A stretch of 63,346 nt of DNA from an uncultured Bacillales bacterium (GTDB taxonomy: Bacteria; Bacillota_I; Bacilli_A; RF39; UBA660): NCBI GenBank assembly GCA_947648915.1, contig CANSPQ010000004.1, positions 1 to 63,346 of the forward strand, written 5' to 3'. Position 1 is the stretch's first letter; each line of letters starts with the position of its first letter. Shown piece by piece: positions 18,052-28,185 of the stretch. The notes below the pieces were generated by a model, which worked only from the letters and a program-made list of their open reading frames with translations, was not told where the DNA came from and searched no databases. Both the position numbers and the translations under genes were made by a program.

Positions 18052-19006
18052 TGGAACAGATACCATTATTAAAGAATATAAAAAAGAATTTATTATAAAA
18101 GGGGAAAAAATTGTAGAAACAATAAAATCAAGGTTTTGTACAAACTGTAATAAACAAATATATGACGAGATATTAGACGAAGAAGCTGCTAAAAAAGTAT
18201 TACTTGCTTATTCAAAACAATATGGAATAGAACCCGATAAAATCAAGCAATTTAGAAAAAAATATCATTTATCACAAGACTTATTTGCGAAAATCATAGG
18301 ATGTGCGAAAAAAACATTAATCAGTTATGAAAATGGAACTTCTATCCCAAACGATACCTACATGATTATAATAAATACTATACTTGAAAATGAAGAAACA
18401 ATCCAACCTATTATTGAGGCAAACCGAATCAGATTTACAGAAGAAGAATATCATAAAATTAAAAGTAAAATATATCCCTATATTGGAAATAATATTAAGA
18501 GTATTTGTTTTCAAATAGATCAAGAAAGAAATCCTTTCAATGGTTTTACAAAATTTTCAATTGAAAAATTAAAAACGATAGTTGTGTTTTTGACAATGAA
18601 TGGAATCAATAAAACAAAACTATTAAAAGAACTATTTTATGTTGATTTTAAATGTTATAAAATGTTTGGATATTCTATGACAGGGCTTGAATATGCAAGA
18701 CTTCCTTATGGACCAGTACCAGATAATTTTGAAATCATGTTACAAGAATTAGAGAAAAGTGAAATTATAGATTATAAAAAAATCATTCATGAAAACTACG
18801 AAGAAGATATCATAGAATCAAAGATAAAAATTGATCCTAGTATCTTAGATAAAGAAGAAATAAAAATTTTAAATTTTGTGAAAGATTACTTTCAAAGTTT
18901 TAACGTAAGTAAAATTGTTGAATTTTCTCATAAGGAAGCAGCTTATAAAAATACCAAGCCATCGGAATTAATCGACTATCAATATGCTTTTGATTTACAA
19001 ATATAG
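18032..19006 (+). CDS. Three-module antitoxin: MqsA-like zinc ribbon, XRE HTH, and C-terminal DUF4065/Panacea (SocA-like) domain
   Basis: AAAGGAG RBS then ATG 18032. Cys3, Cys6, Cys36, Cys39 (CYVC...CTNC). HTH LSQDLFAKIIGCAKKTLISYENG. C-terminal KTKLLKELFYVDFKCYKMFGYSMTGLEYARLPYGPVP resembles DUF4065. Confidence 0.65.
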   Translation: MKCYVCNGTDTIIKEYKKEFIIKGEKIVETIKSRFCTNCNKQIYDEILDEEAAKKVLLAYSKQYGIEPDKIKQFRKKYHLSQDLFAKIIGCAKKTLISYENGTSIPNDTYMIIINTILENEETIQPIIEANRIRFTEEEYHKIKSKIYPYIGNNIKSICFQIDQERNPFNGFTKFSIEKLKTIVVFLTMNGINKTKLLKELFYVDFKCYKMFGYSMTGLEYARLPYGPVPDNFEIMLQELEKSEIIDYKKIIHENYEEDIIESKIKIDPSILDKEEIKILNFVKDYFQSFNVSKIVEFSHKEAAYKNTKPSELIDYQYAFDLQI

Positions 19007-19079
19007 TATATTTTTACCACTTGAATAAAATGGGATTTCCCTGTATACTGTTGTAAGTAACAGTGAGGAATGATTGTAT

Positions 19080-20585
19080 ATGAAAATATTAGAAAAAATA
19101 AATAATGTTTTTAAAAATATAATTCAAAAAATAAATAATTATCAAACAAAAATATTAAATGGGAGGAAAATAAATAAACCTGTTGTTACCATAACGCTTA
19201 TTAATATTATCTTTACAATATTATTAACCGTTTCTATTTGTAAATTAAATTTAATTCCTTTGAAATATCTTATTCTAATTGTTGTAATACTCATTATAAT
19301 GAATATTGCCATTTTACTTTTAATTAGTCGGAAGAAATCTTGGATGAAATATATTGGATATGGATTAACTGTCATTTTAATAGTAATGAGTAGTATTGGT
19401 ATCTATTACATATCTAAAACAAACCATTTTTTAAATAAAGCTTTTAACAATGCAACCAATACGTATACTAATACCTATTATATTGTTACTTTAAGTAATG
19501 ATAAGTATAAAGAATTATCAAATATAAAAATATTGGGATATTATAAAAATATTCCTGCAATTGATGAAGCACTTCAAAAATTTGATGAAATTTATAAAGT
19601 TGGAAAAGAAGATTATAATGAATTTACAGAATTATTAAAAGATTTGAATGCTAAAAAATTTGATGCGACTATTATAGAAGCTTCATTATATGAGGTACTC
19701 ACCAAAGAGAGTAATGTAATGCCCGAGAAGGATTATAAGATAATCTATCAGTTTGATCTCAAAATAGAAGAAGAAGTAGAAGAAATTAAGGACGATGGAA
19801 ATAATTTTAGTATTTATATTGGTGGGACAGATTTTACTGAAAAAAACAATGACTTTAATATGGTAGTAACCATTAATGTGAAGACCCATAAAATATTACT
19901 CACTTCTATTCCAAGAGATTATTATGTCACAGTAAATGGAAAAGGAATGAAAGACATACTAGGGTATGCTGGCTATAGTGGAATTCAAACATCCAGAAAA
20001 ACTGTGGAAGATTTATTTCAAACGAATATTGATTATTTTGTAAAAATTAATACCGATAGTTTAGTTGGATTAGTGGATACTTTGGGTGGCATTGAATATT
20101 GCTCAGATGTTTCATTCACTACAACACATGCGATGGTAAGAGGAACATATGATGATACCAAAGGACAGAAATTGTATGTAGAAAAAGGATGCAGAAATTA
20201 TAACGGAATTCAAATTTTAACCATTTCGAGAGAGAGATTAGCATTCTCTGGTGGCGATAATCAAAGACAAAAGAACTGTCAAAATATCATGGTTAGCATT
20301 TTCAAAAAAATGCTAAGGCCTGAAAATTTAACCAATTATACCAATATCTTAAATGCAGTTAGTAATTTATATACAACTAATATTCCAAGAGAATTGGTAT
20401 CAGAACTTGCGAAAGATACGATTGATAATGGTGCTTCTTGGTCGATTGAACAACAAACGGTAACAGGAAGTGGTAATAGAGGATATGTCCATATGGGAAC
20501 TGTTCAAGATTATATTACTATTCCAAATCAAGAATCTATCAATCAGGCAATCGCAAATATCAATAAGATAAAAGCAGGTAAATAA
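19080..20585 (+). CDS. Second LCP family glycopolymer ligase
   Basis: N-terminal TMs. LLTSIPRDYYV, LGYAGYSG, NGIQILTISRERLAFSGGDNQRQKNCQNIM. Paralogue of 16149-17600. Confidence 0.9.
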   Translation: MKILEKINNVFKNIIQKINNYQTKILNGRKINKPVVTITLINIIFTILLTVSICKLNLIPLKYLILIVVILIIMNIAILLLISRKKSWMKYIGYGLTVILIVMSSIGIYYISKTNHFLNKAFNNATNTYTNTYYIVTLSNDKYKELSNIKILGYYKNIPAIDEALQKFDEIYKVGKEDYNEFTELLKDLNAKKFDATIIEASLYEVLTKESNVMPEKDYKIIYQFDLKIEEEVEEIKDDGNNFSIYIGGTDFTEKNNDFNMVVTINVKTHKILLTSIPRDYYVTVNGKGMKDILGYAGYSGIQTSRKTVEDLFQTNIDYFVKINTDSLVGLVDTLGGIEYCSDVSFTTTHAMVRGTYDDTKGQKLYVEKGCRNYNGIQILTISRERLAFSGGDNQRQKNCQNIMVSIFKKMLRPENLTNYTNILNAVSNLYTTNIPRELVSELAKDTIDNGASWSIEQQTVTGSGNRGYVHMGTVQDYITIPNQESINQAIANINKIKAGK

Positions 20586-20756
20586 TTTTAAAAAATGTAC
20601 AAATTTAGACATTTGTATGTTTTTTTGTTAAAATGAAAAAATTGTTATAATAGAAAAATGAAATTATGATAAAAGTAGAAATCAAAAATAGAAAAAGTAT
20701 CATTTGTAAGAAAAAAACAAGTATGGTATTCTCCTAAAAGAACTGGAGGAATACTC

Positions 20757-21644
20757 ATGAAAGATGTACGCAAAGAAAAACTAGAAGAAGGAAAAATTAT
20801 CCCCTTAACATATGATTATGTATTTACAGCAATATTCAATAACCCCGAAAATATAGATATTGTAGAAAATTTTCTATCTTGTTACCTAGAAATACCACTT
20901 GAAAAAATAAAAGGGAAAGTAAAACTGTGTTCAAGAGATTTACAACTAGAAGGAAAACAAGAAGCGAATAAACAAGTAGATTTAATCCTAGAATTGGAAG
21001 ATGAAAAAATCAATATCGAATTATCCAATAAAGTAAATCAAGGAACGATTGACCGAAATATTATATATGCATGTAATATACATTCTGGAAACCTAAAGTA
21101 TGGAGATAACAGTTATAATAAGATAGGAAGAACCATTCAAATTAATTTAAACAATTGTCGAACTAGTAACAAACTAAAAGAAACCTACTATTTCAGAAAT
21201 GAAGAAGGAAAAATATTAAGTGAAAAATTTAGAATTGACTTTGTAGATATGGTAATTGGAAGCAAATTATGTTATACTGATAGTGAAAGCAACTTAACAA
21301 AATGGTGTTTTGCATTTACAACCCAGAAAAAGGAAGCATTTCAAAAAGTGGTAGGGGAGATAGAGATGGAAGAAAAGGCAAGGAAAAAGTTAATAGAAGA
21401 GGTAGATAAGTATAGTACAGATGAAGAAGTAGTGGCATTATATTCAGCATACACAAGACAAGAGTTAGAATATAATACATTTGTGGAAGATGCGAAAGAG
21501 GAAGGAATACAACAAGGTATACAACAGGGTGTTGAGCAAGAAAAAGAGACAATTGCTAAAAATTTGCTAAAAGAAAATGTAGACATTGAAATTATTATGA
21601 AAGTAACCGGCCTTACAAAAGAACAGATTAGCACAATTGTATAG
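20757..21644 (+). CDS. Rpn-family recombination-promoting nuclease / PD-(D/E)XK putative transposase
   Basis: N-terminal IPLTYDYVFTAIFNNPENIDIVENFLSCYL and QVDLILELEDEKINIELSN (PDDEXK-like core). C-terminal tail EEGIQQGIQQGVEQEKETIAKNLLKENVDIEIIMKVTGLTKEQI is typical of this family. Confidence 0.65.
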   Translation: MKDVRKEKLEEGKIIPLTYDYVFTAIFNNPENIDIVENFLSCYLEIPLEKIKGKVKLCSRDLQLEGKQEANKQVDLILELEDEKINIELSNKVNQGTIDRNIIYACNIHSGNLKYGDNSYNKIGRTIQINLNNCRTSNKLKETYYFRNEEGKILSEKFRIDFVDMVIGSKLCYTDSESNLTKWCFAFTTQKKEAFQKVVGEIEMEEKARKKLIEEVDKYSTDEEVVALYSAYTRQELEYNTFVEDAKEEGIQQGIQQGVEQEKETIAKNLLKENVDIEIIMKVTGLTKEQISTIV

Positions 21645-21763
21645 CAGATATATGGACGATGATTTGTTCCAAAATATTGAAAAGTGATAGAATATCCTGT
21701 ATACTTTGTTTATAACATTGTTTATGTCATATATATTATATATATCAGTATAAGGAGAAGTTT

Positions 21764-22681
21764 ATGAAAGCCATTCGTCAGTTTTTTGTCATATTATTGG
21801 TAATTACAACTTTTATGAGTTTATTGTTACTTACATTAATAGGAAGTAGTCAACTTTTATTTGTCAAAAAAAATATGATTGAACTTGTAAAACAGGTGGA
21901 TTTTAGAGAATTAATCGGTTATCAAGTAGAAGATGATATCTATCAATTACTAGAACAGGCAGGTCTACCAAGTCAATATGTAGATTATATCATAGAAGAT
22001 CAAAATGTTAGAAATTATATAGGCACTTATTTGGCAGAAGGAATGGAATCACTTTTATATAGAAAAGAATCAGCATCTATTGATTCCAATGAATTATATA
22101 ATGTGTTTGTAAAAAGTATGGATCAAGCTTTTATTTCATTTGAAGAAGATACAATAGAAGAGGATGCACATTTGACCAAACAAGATCAACAAAGAATTCA
22201 TCAAAAATTGGAATACTATGTACCTAAAATTGCAGAAAAAATACCATCATTTGAAACACTGTTAGAAACAAAAGTGATAGAAACTACAAAGAACAAAGAA
22301 TTGGCTCAAATGAAATTAATAATTCGGACGCTTCAAAATTTTTATAAGTGGAAACCCGTCTTAAGTATTTTCATATTACTACAACTATTTCTCATATTTC
22401 TTTTAAAAATAAGAAACTTTAAATACATCAAATGGTTTATGGTTCCATTTTTACTAACTGGAGTTGTACTTTATTATTTTAAAATACAACTACCATCTTT
22501 AATGACACATTATTTTCCAAGAAATTTAGCATTTATACAGAACTTTTTGGAACAAACGATGCAAACTATTTATACGAGTTGGGATCGTACGATTCTAATT
22601 TGTTTTAGCCTTTCTGCTTTATTTCTTTTGTTACAATTTTTAATTCGTTTTGTTCAAGTGCAACAAGAAAGACATTCATAA
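21764..22681 (+). CDS. Membrane protein of unknown function (paralogue A)
   Basis: N-terminal TM, about 170-aa acidic soluble region, then 3-4 C-terminal TMs. Good RBS AAGGAG. Confidence 0.7.
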   Translation: MKAIRQFFVILLVITTFMSLLLLTLIGSSQLLFVKKNMIELVKQVDFRELIGYQVEDDIYQLLEQAGLPSQYVDYIIEDQNVRNYIGTYLAEGMESLLYRKESASIDSNELYNVFVKSMDQAFISFEEDTIEEDAHLTKQDQQRIHQKLEYYVPKIAEKIPSFETLLETKVIETTKNKELAQMKLIIRTLQNFYKWKPVLSIFILLQLFLIFLLKIRNFKYIKWFMVPFLLTGVVLYYFKIQLPSLMTHYFPRNLAFIQNFLEQTMQTIYTSWDRTILICFSLSALFLLLQFLIRFVQVQQERHS

Positions 22682-22793
22682 AAGTAAAAATTGTAACAAT
22701 ATTTAAAAATTTGATTGAAAAGTATACTAAAAATCTGTATACTTTTTATTAGAGATTAGGAGTGATTGTAGTGAAGATTGTAGGTAGTAGAAT

Positions 22794-23753
22794 ATGAAAG
22801 CAATAGGACGTATTTTTGGTACTCTTGTTACCATAATATTGGTATTTACAAGTTTGATTTGTCTGCTTGCATCTACTTTTTTAACCAGTACAAAGGACAT
22901 TTTATCAACTGATATTGTAGCGAATATGGTAAAACAAATTGATTTTAAAGAATTAATGGGAGAACAAGTGCATGAAGAAATTTCTTCTGTTTTAGAACAA
23001 GCAGGAATTCCAAATGAATATGTTGAATATGTATTAGAAAATGAAGAACTAAAAGAATATATGGGAAACTATATGGCAGAAGGAATTGATTATATATTAT
23101 ATGAAAAAGAGCTACCTGTGATATCAGAACAAGAGGTAACCAATTTGCTTTCTAATAGTTTTGACCAAGTGATCATAGAACTAGAAAATCATAATATAGA
23201 AGTCTCAACGCAATTAACCAAAGAACAACAAGAACAAATTCATGAGCAAATAGAAGTTTATGTTCCACAGATTGTCGAAAAAATTCCAGAAGTAGAAAGT
23301 TTAATTGAAGATAAAGTTTCTGAAAATGAAGAAATACAAAATGCGAAACAAAAATTAGAAGAGTTGCGTGATCTAAATGAAAAAGTGCAGTTTGTATATC
23401 AAATGCAACCAACGATTTTATTGTTAGCTATTTTGCAACTTGTTCTTATTATTGTATTAAAACGTAAGAACTTCCGTTTTATCAAATGGCTATTCTTACC
23501 ATTTATGGCACTAGCTGTTATCTTAGAAATATTAAACGCAAAAGTACCAACCTTAGTACAACAATATTATCCAGAGAAAATTGGATTTATGAGATCATTT
23601 ATTGATAGTACCTTAAATTGTATTTTTGGAGTATGGAAACAAGATGCACAAATTTATTTCATTCTTGCGATTCTACTTGTAGTTGCACAAATCGCAGTAA
23701 TTGTTGTTTCTATTTCTAAAAATAGAAGACAAAAGGATATGGACATTTTATAA
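22794..23753 (+). CDS. Membrane protein of unknown function (paralogue B)
   Basis: Same architecture as 21764-22681 and colinear similarity: VKQ.DF.EL.G.QV...I...LEQAG.P..YV.Y..E.....Y.G.Y.AEG....LY.KE. Confidence 0.7.
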   Translation: MKAIGRIFGTLVTIILVFTSLICLLASTFLTSTKDILSTDIVANMVKQIDFKELMGEQVHEEISSVLEQAGIPNEYVEYVLENEELKEYMGNYMAEGIDYILYEKELPVISEQEVTNLLSNSFDQVIIELENHNIEVSTQLTKEQQEQIHEQIEVYVPQIVEKIPEVESLIEDKVSENEEIQNAKQKLEELRDLNEKVQFVYQMQPTILLLAILQLVLIIVLKRKNFRFIKWLFLPFMALAVILEILNAKVPTLVQQYYPEKIGFMRSFIDSTLNCIFGVWKQDAQIYFILAILLVVAQIAVIVVSISKNRRQKDMDIL

Positions 23754-23843
23754 GACATCGCAAAATGTGATGTTTTTTTCATCCTGTAATTAGAGTGACA
23801 AAATCCGACAAACAAAAGCAATACAATAAAGATGGTGATGTGT

Positions 23844-24317
23844 ATGAAGAAAAATATAGAAACAATCGTTGTTTGTATTGCTGTTGGATTTTTGATGGGA
23901 CAATTTATGTTTCATCAATACAAAAAAGATGAAAAACCATCTACAAATTCTACTATACCAGTTGTGCAAACAACAGAAAAACTTTATTTTTTACAACAAG
24001 GCGTTTATTCTAATTTGGATAGCATGAAACAAAACCTAACCGATTTTGAATATTATATCTACACTGAAAAAGACAACAAATACTATGTTTATGTAGCAAT
24101 TGTTAAAAGTGTAGAAAATATGGAAAAATTAAAAGGATTTTTCAATCAAAAAGGGTATGATATTTATGTAAAGGAAATTTCTGTTACAAGTACAGCCTTC
24201 TTAGAAGTCCTAAATCAATATGAACAATTATTAAGTGGAACTAACGATGAAAAAACAATTCAAGCTGCTTGTGCACAAATTTTGGCAAAATATGAGGAGT
24301 TAGTGGTAAATGACTAA
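23844..24317 (+). CDS. Membrane-anchored protein with SPOR-like domain
   Basis: N-terminal TM, then YFLQQGVYSNLDSMKQN...YYVYVAIVKSVENMEKLKGFFNQKGYDIYVKE, which resembles a SPOR repeat. Confidence 0.4.
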   Translation: MKKNIETIVVCIAVGFLMGQFMFHQYKKDEKPSTNSTIPVVQTTEKLYFLQQGVYSNLDSMKQNLTDFEYYIYTEKDNKYYVYVAIVKSVENMEKLKGFFNQKGYDIYVKEISVTSTAFLEVLNQYEQLLSGTNDEKTIQAACAQILAKYEELVVND

Positions 24318-25005
24318 AATAAAAGATATTCCAGTACAAGAGCGCCCAATGGAGCGACTACTTCAATACGGAGTGGAATCCATTAGCAATGAAGAATTAC
24401 TAGCAATTCTACTTCGAACAGGAAGCAAAAAACAATCATCTAAAGAACTTGCAACTACAATTTTATCTAAATTAAAACAAGTATCTGAATTAAAAGAAAT
24501 GACTTATGAAGAATTTTTACGGATTGATGGAATTGGAAAATCCAAAGCAATGATTCTAATGGCGGCAATTGAACTTGGAAAACGGATGCAACGGAAGATT
24601 GAAACAATACAGGGAAAAAAGTTCAATCAAGCAAATATAATATATGAATATTATCGTAATCTTTTGGGTGACAAAAAACAAGAACATGTATATTGTCTAT
24701 ACTTAGATTCCAAAAAGAAAATTATTAAGGAAAAATTATTATTCTTAGGAACGATAAACTATAGTATGATTCATCCAAGAGAGATTTTTAAAGAGGCTTA
24801 TTTATCAGGTGCAACTGCAATCATATGCATTCATAACCATCCAACAGGAGATGTGACACCAAGTAAAGAAGATTATGCAATGACGTATCATTTGAAGCAG
24901 GTAGGGGATCTACTTGGGATTCCACTTTTGGATCATATCATTATTGGAAAAAACGGGTATTATAGTTTTTTTGAAACTGGAGATTTTGATAAAATAAACG
25001 AATGA
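24310..25005 (+). CDS. radC: RadC-family JAB/MPN domain protein
   Basis: PMERLLQYG...LSNEELLAILLRTG and HNHPTGDVTPSKEDYAMT. Confidence 0.9.
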   Translation: MTKIKDIPVQERPMERLLQYGVESISNEELLAILLRTGSKKQSSKELATTILSKLKQVSELKEMTYEEFLRIDGIGKSKAMILMAAIELGKRMQRKIETIQGKKFNQANIIYEYYRNLLGDKKQEHVYCLYLDSKKKIIKEKLLFLGTINYSMIHPREIFKEAYLSGATAIICIHNHPTGDVTPSKEDYAMTYHLKQVGDLLGIPLLDHIIIGKNGYYSFFETGDFDKINE

Positions 25006-25016
25006 GAGGGGTATCT

Positions 25017-25856
25017 ATGCGGAAAAAACGAAAAATAGAAAGGCGATATTATATTGTTATTTTTTTCTTATGCATTTCATTATTTTTAGGCTTGCTAATC
25101 TATTTGGTACGAGATGAGAGAAAAACAAGTAGTGTAGAGCGGATTTTGCAAGACTCTGTTTTATTTGTACAAAAAATAGTCTCTGCCCCAATCCACTTTG
25201 TAACCGATCAAATATCAGAAACGAAAGAAAAAAATGACATTTATAAAAAATATAAAAAACTACAAGCTAGAGTAGAACAGATCGAATCTATAGAAGCCCG
25301 AAATAAAGAACTAGAATCTCAATTACAAGAAATGAAAGCCCTATTAGAACTCAATCAAATACTGTCAGAAAATACACCTATTTCTGCAAGTGTGATTACA
25401 CGTAACATTGATGGTTGGTATCAAACTGTTACAATTGATAGAGGAGAAAAAGATGGGATTAAAGAAAATATGGCAGTGATAACTGGTCAGGGGATGATTG
25501 GGGAAGTCATTCAGGTGAACAGTTTTTCTAGTACTGTAAAACTATTAACAAGTGTGGATGGGAATCATAAAATATCTGTAAAAATAGAAGGAAACGAAGG
25601 ATATATATATGGATTATTATCTGATTATGAAACAGGGAATCAGGTTTATAAGATTGAAGGAATTGCCGAAAATACAGAAATCAAAGAAGGTGCAAGTGTT
25701 GTTACGACAGGGCTTGGGAATACCTATCCATCTGGAATTTTAGTAGGAACAGTTACACAAGTGAAAACAGATCACTTTGATCTATCTAGAACGATTCTTG
25801 TGCATCCTAGTGTTGACTTTAATGAAATTCGCTATGTAACGGTATTAAAGAAATGA
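25017..25856 (+). CDS. mreC: Rod shape-determining protein MreC
   Basis: TM, a coiled-coil (LQARVEQIESIEARNKELESQLQEMK), then GIKENMAVITGQGMIGEVIQV and VVTTGLGNTYPSGILVGTV. Confidence 0.85.
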   Translation: MRKKRKIERRYYIVIFFLCISLFLGLLIYLVRDERKTSSVERILQDSVLFVQKIVSAPIHFVTDQISETKEKNDIYKKYKKLQARVEQIESIEARNKELESQLQEMKALLELNQILSENTPISASVITRNIDGWYQTVTIDRGEKDGIKENMAVITGQGMIGEVIQVNSFSSTVKLLTSVDGNHKISVKIEGNEGYIYGLLSDYETGNQVYKIEGIAENTEIKEGASVVTTGLGNTYPSGILVGTVTQVKTDHFDLSRTILVHPSVDFNEIRYVTVLKK

Positions 25857-25866
25857 GTGATAAATC

Positions 25867-26361
25867 ATGCATGCAATCATAATAACCATAATTTCCTTTT
25901 TATTAGAAGGAATCTTTTCTTTCTATATTCCCATTTTTTCTCACTTTTGGCTACCGATTCCTACACTACTTTCCGTATGCTTTTGTCATGTGTATTTTCT
26001 TAAAAATAAAAGTTATATATGGTATGCTTTTCTAACAGGAATTTTATATGATATTGCCTACACCAATACCTTATTTCTTCATGGTATTCTATTTGTTTGT
26101 ATGGGTTATATTGGTAAGAAAATATCCCAGTTTATTTCACATACATGGTATCAATTTTTAGTTATGACAATCTTGCTCATTGGTATTTATCGTTTGTTGT
26201 CTTATATCATACTAATCATCATTGGTTATTTTCATTTTAATCCTTCTTTCTTTTTATCCATTACGTTGGCATCCTTCTTATGGAATGTGATCTATAGTTT
26301 ATTGTTATATGTGATTGATCATTTTATTTTAAAAAAATTCACTACGAAAAGGTTGTTCTAA
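25867..26361 (+). CDS. mreD: Rod shape-determining protein MreD
   Basis: 164-aa polytopic membrane protein immediately after mreC. Confidence 0.65.
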   Translation: MHAIIITIISFLLEGIFSFYIPIFSHFWLPIPTLLSVCFCHVYFLKNKSYIWYAFLTGILYDIAYTNTLFLHGILFVCMGYIGKKISQFISHTWYQFLVMTILLIGIYRLLSYIILIIIGYFHFNPSFFLSITLASFLWNVIYSLLLYVIDHFILKKFTTKRLF

Positions 26362-26399
26362 GTAAATAGAATAGTACATATAATTGAATAGGTGATAAG

Positions 26400-27011
26400 A
26401 TGAATCCAGATATCCGTAGAATTCGTAGTCAAATGAAACAAAAAAAGAAAACACAAAAATCCATTGTCCAACGTACAAGCTATGCAAAATGGCTTTCCAA
26501 ATTGGGCATTACGATCATTTTAACGCTTGTTACACTAATTACATTGAAATCCAATAGTAAATATAAAGCAACATTTTATCAATATGTTTATGATAGCCAT
26601 ATTTCATTTGCGAGTATCAATGCCACTTATCAAAAGTATTTTGGGTCACCTTTGCCATTTCAAGAACTATGGAAAGATAAGACCGCTCCTGTATTTGATG
26701 AAAAATTAATTTTTACAGAACAACATATCTATAAAGATGGAGTGGCGTTAACTGTCGATAGTGGGTATTTAGTTCCTGTCTTAGAAAGTGGAATGGTTGT
26801 ATTTATTGGTGAAAAAGAGGGGTATGGAAATACTGTCATTATTCAGCAAATGGATGGTATTGATGTATGGTATTCTAATTTAGGAACTGTCAATGTGAAA
26901 TTATATGATTATGTAGATAAGGGCAGTTTATTAGGGGAAGTAAAAGGAAATCAACTATATTTGGTTTATAAGAAAAATGGAACTATCTTAAATTATGAAG
27001 AATACATTTAA
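26400..27011 (+). CDS. Membrane-anchored M23/LytM-domain protein (SpoIVFA-like by position)
   Basis: TM, then C-terminal GYGNTVIIQQMDGIDVWYSNLG...VDKGSLLGEV. It overlaps the following M50 protease gene, as spoIVFA-spoIVFB does in B. subtilis. Confidence 0.55.
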   Translation: MNPDIRRIRSQMKQKKKTQKSIVQRTSYAKWLSKLGITIILTLVTLITLKSNSKYKATFYQYVYDSHISFASINATYQKYFGSPLPFQELWKDKTAPVFDEKLIFTEQHIYKDGVALTVDSGYLVPVLESGMVVFIGEKEGYGNTVIIQQMDGIDVWYSNLGTVNVKLYDYVDKGSLLGEVKGNQLYLVYKKNGTILNYEEYI

Positions 27012-27759
27012 ATTTGAAATCTCTGTTATTTATTACATTGTAGGTCTGTTTTGTTTTCTAACAGGATATTTTAAAGATTTTATTTGGATTTCTTTACTCA
27101 TAATGATTCATGAATGTGGTCATGTGACTGGCGCAATCATATGTAATTGGAAGATAGAGCGGGTGATTATTCTACCATTTGGAGGCATGACATTATTACA
27201 CGAGAGTCTCAATCGTCCAATTTATCAAGAATGGTTAATTGTTTTATTAGGTCCTATATATCAAATGCTATTTTTTTTGATATTATATTTTTTGAAGTAT
27301 ATGAATCCTACATTTATGTTGTACCATTTTTTATTGTTGGGATTTAATTTATTACCTATGATTCCTTTGGATGGAGCTAAAATATTACAGTTGGGTTTAG
27401 AACCTATCTTACCTTACAGATGCGCAAAATATGCAGGATTATGGGTATCTATTTTTTTGCTATTATTTTTAATCGGCTATACGATTCATAGTCGTAATAT
27501 TTTGTTTGGGATTGTTTTATTTTTTGTGGCAAAAGAGAATATCAAATTTTATCAACATATTCCTTATCAAATGGAAAAGTTTTTATTGGAACGATATTTA
27601 TATGCTTATTCATTTCGAAAATATTGTTTCATAAAAAGTGACAATTTGTATGCAATGAAAAGAGGATACCAGCATATGTTTTGGAAACAATCTACATGGA
27701 AAACAGAACAAGAAATTTTAGATGCCTATTTTATAAAAAATAAAACTCGTATTATTTGA
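26995..27759 (+). CDS. spoIVFB: Site-2 (M50) intramembrane metalloprotease, SpoIVFB-like
   Basis: HECGH (HExxH) in TM2 and FNLLPMIPLDG (NxxPxxxLDG). Located directly upstream of rplU, as in B. subtilis. Confidence 0.7.
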   Translation: MKNTFKFEISVIYYIVGLFCFLTGYFKDFIWISLLIMIHECGHVTGAIICNWKIERVIILPFGGMTLLHESLNRPIYQEWLIVLLGPIYQMLFFLILYFLKYMNPTFMLYHFLLLGFNLLPMIPLDGAKILQLGLEPILPYRCAKYAGLWVSIFLLLFLIGYTIHSRNILFGIVLFFVAKENIKFYQHIPYQMEKFLLERYLYAYSFRKYCFIKSDNLYAMKRGYQHMFWKQSTWKTEQEILDAYFIKNKTRII

Positions 27760-27784
27760 CAAAATAAGGAAACTATGATAGAAT
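27756..27784 (+). promoter_or_regulatory. Promoter of rplU-prp-rpmA
   Basis: TTGACA (27756-27761), 17-nt spacer, TAGAAT (27779-27784) with an upstream TG. Confidence 0.6.
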
Positions 27785-27790
27785 TCTATA

Positions 27791-27882
27791 TTGTGTAGAG
27801 CCTCACTCTACAACCACACAGAAAAGGTGAAAACATTAGTGTACCTTAATGGTGAGTCTTAGAATCTTAAAGGAGGTTATTT
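27791..27882 (+). promoter_or_regulatory. Structured 5' leader of rplU (possible L21 ribosomal-protein leader)
   Basis: About 90-nt UTR with hairpins TAGAG/CTCTA (27796-27810) and AAGGT...ACCTT. L21 leaders are known upstream of rplU in low-GC Gram-positives. Not verified with a covariance model. Confidence 0.35.
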
Positions 27883-28185
27883 ATGAAAGCTGTTATTGAA
27901 ACTGGTGGAAAGCAATACTACGTAGAAGAAGGAACTGTTCTTTATGTAGAAAAAATGGATGCAGAACCCGGTAAAGCAATTGAATTTGATAAAGTATTAA
28001 TGGCAAATGGTGTTGTAGGACGCCCTTATGTTACTGGAGCAAAAGTTACTGCTGAAGTAATCAAACATGGTAAGCAAAAGAAGATTATCGTTTATAAATA
28101 CAAGCAAAAGAAAAATTACCATAAGACACAAGGTCATCGTCAACCATACACTAAAGTACAAATTAAATCTATCGTGAGCAAATAA
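27883..28185 (+). CDS. rplU: 50S ribosomal protein L21
   Basis: [24 protein letters not shown]... is the canonical L21 N-terminus. Confidence 0.95.
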   Translation: MKAVIETGGKQYYVEEGTVLYVEKMDAEPGKAIEFDKVLMANGVVGRPYVTGAKVTAEVIKHGKQKKIIVYKYKQKKNYHKTQGHRQPYTKVQIKSIVSK

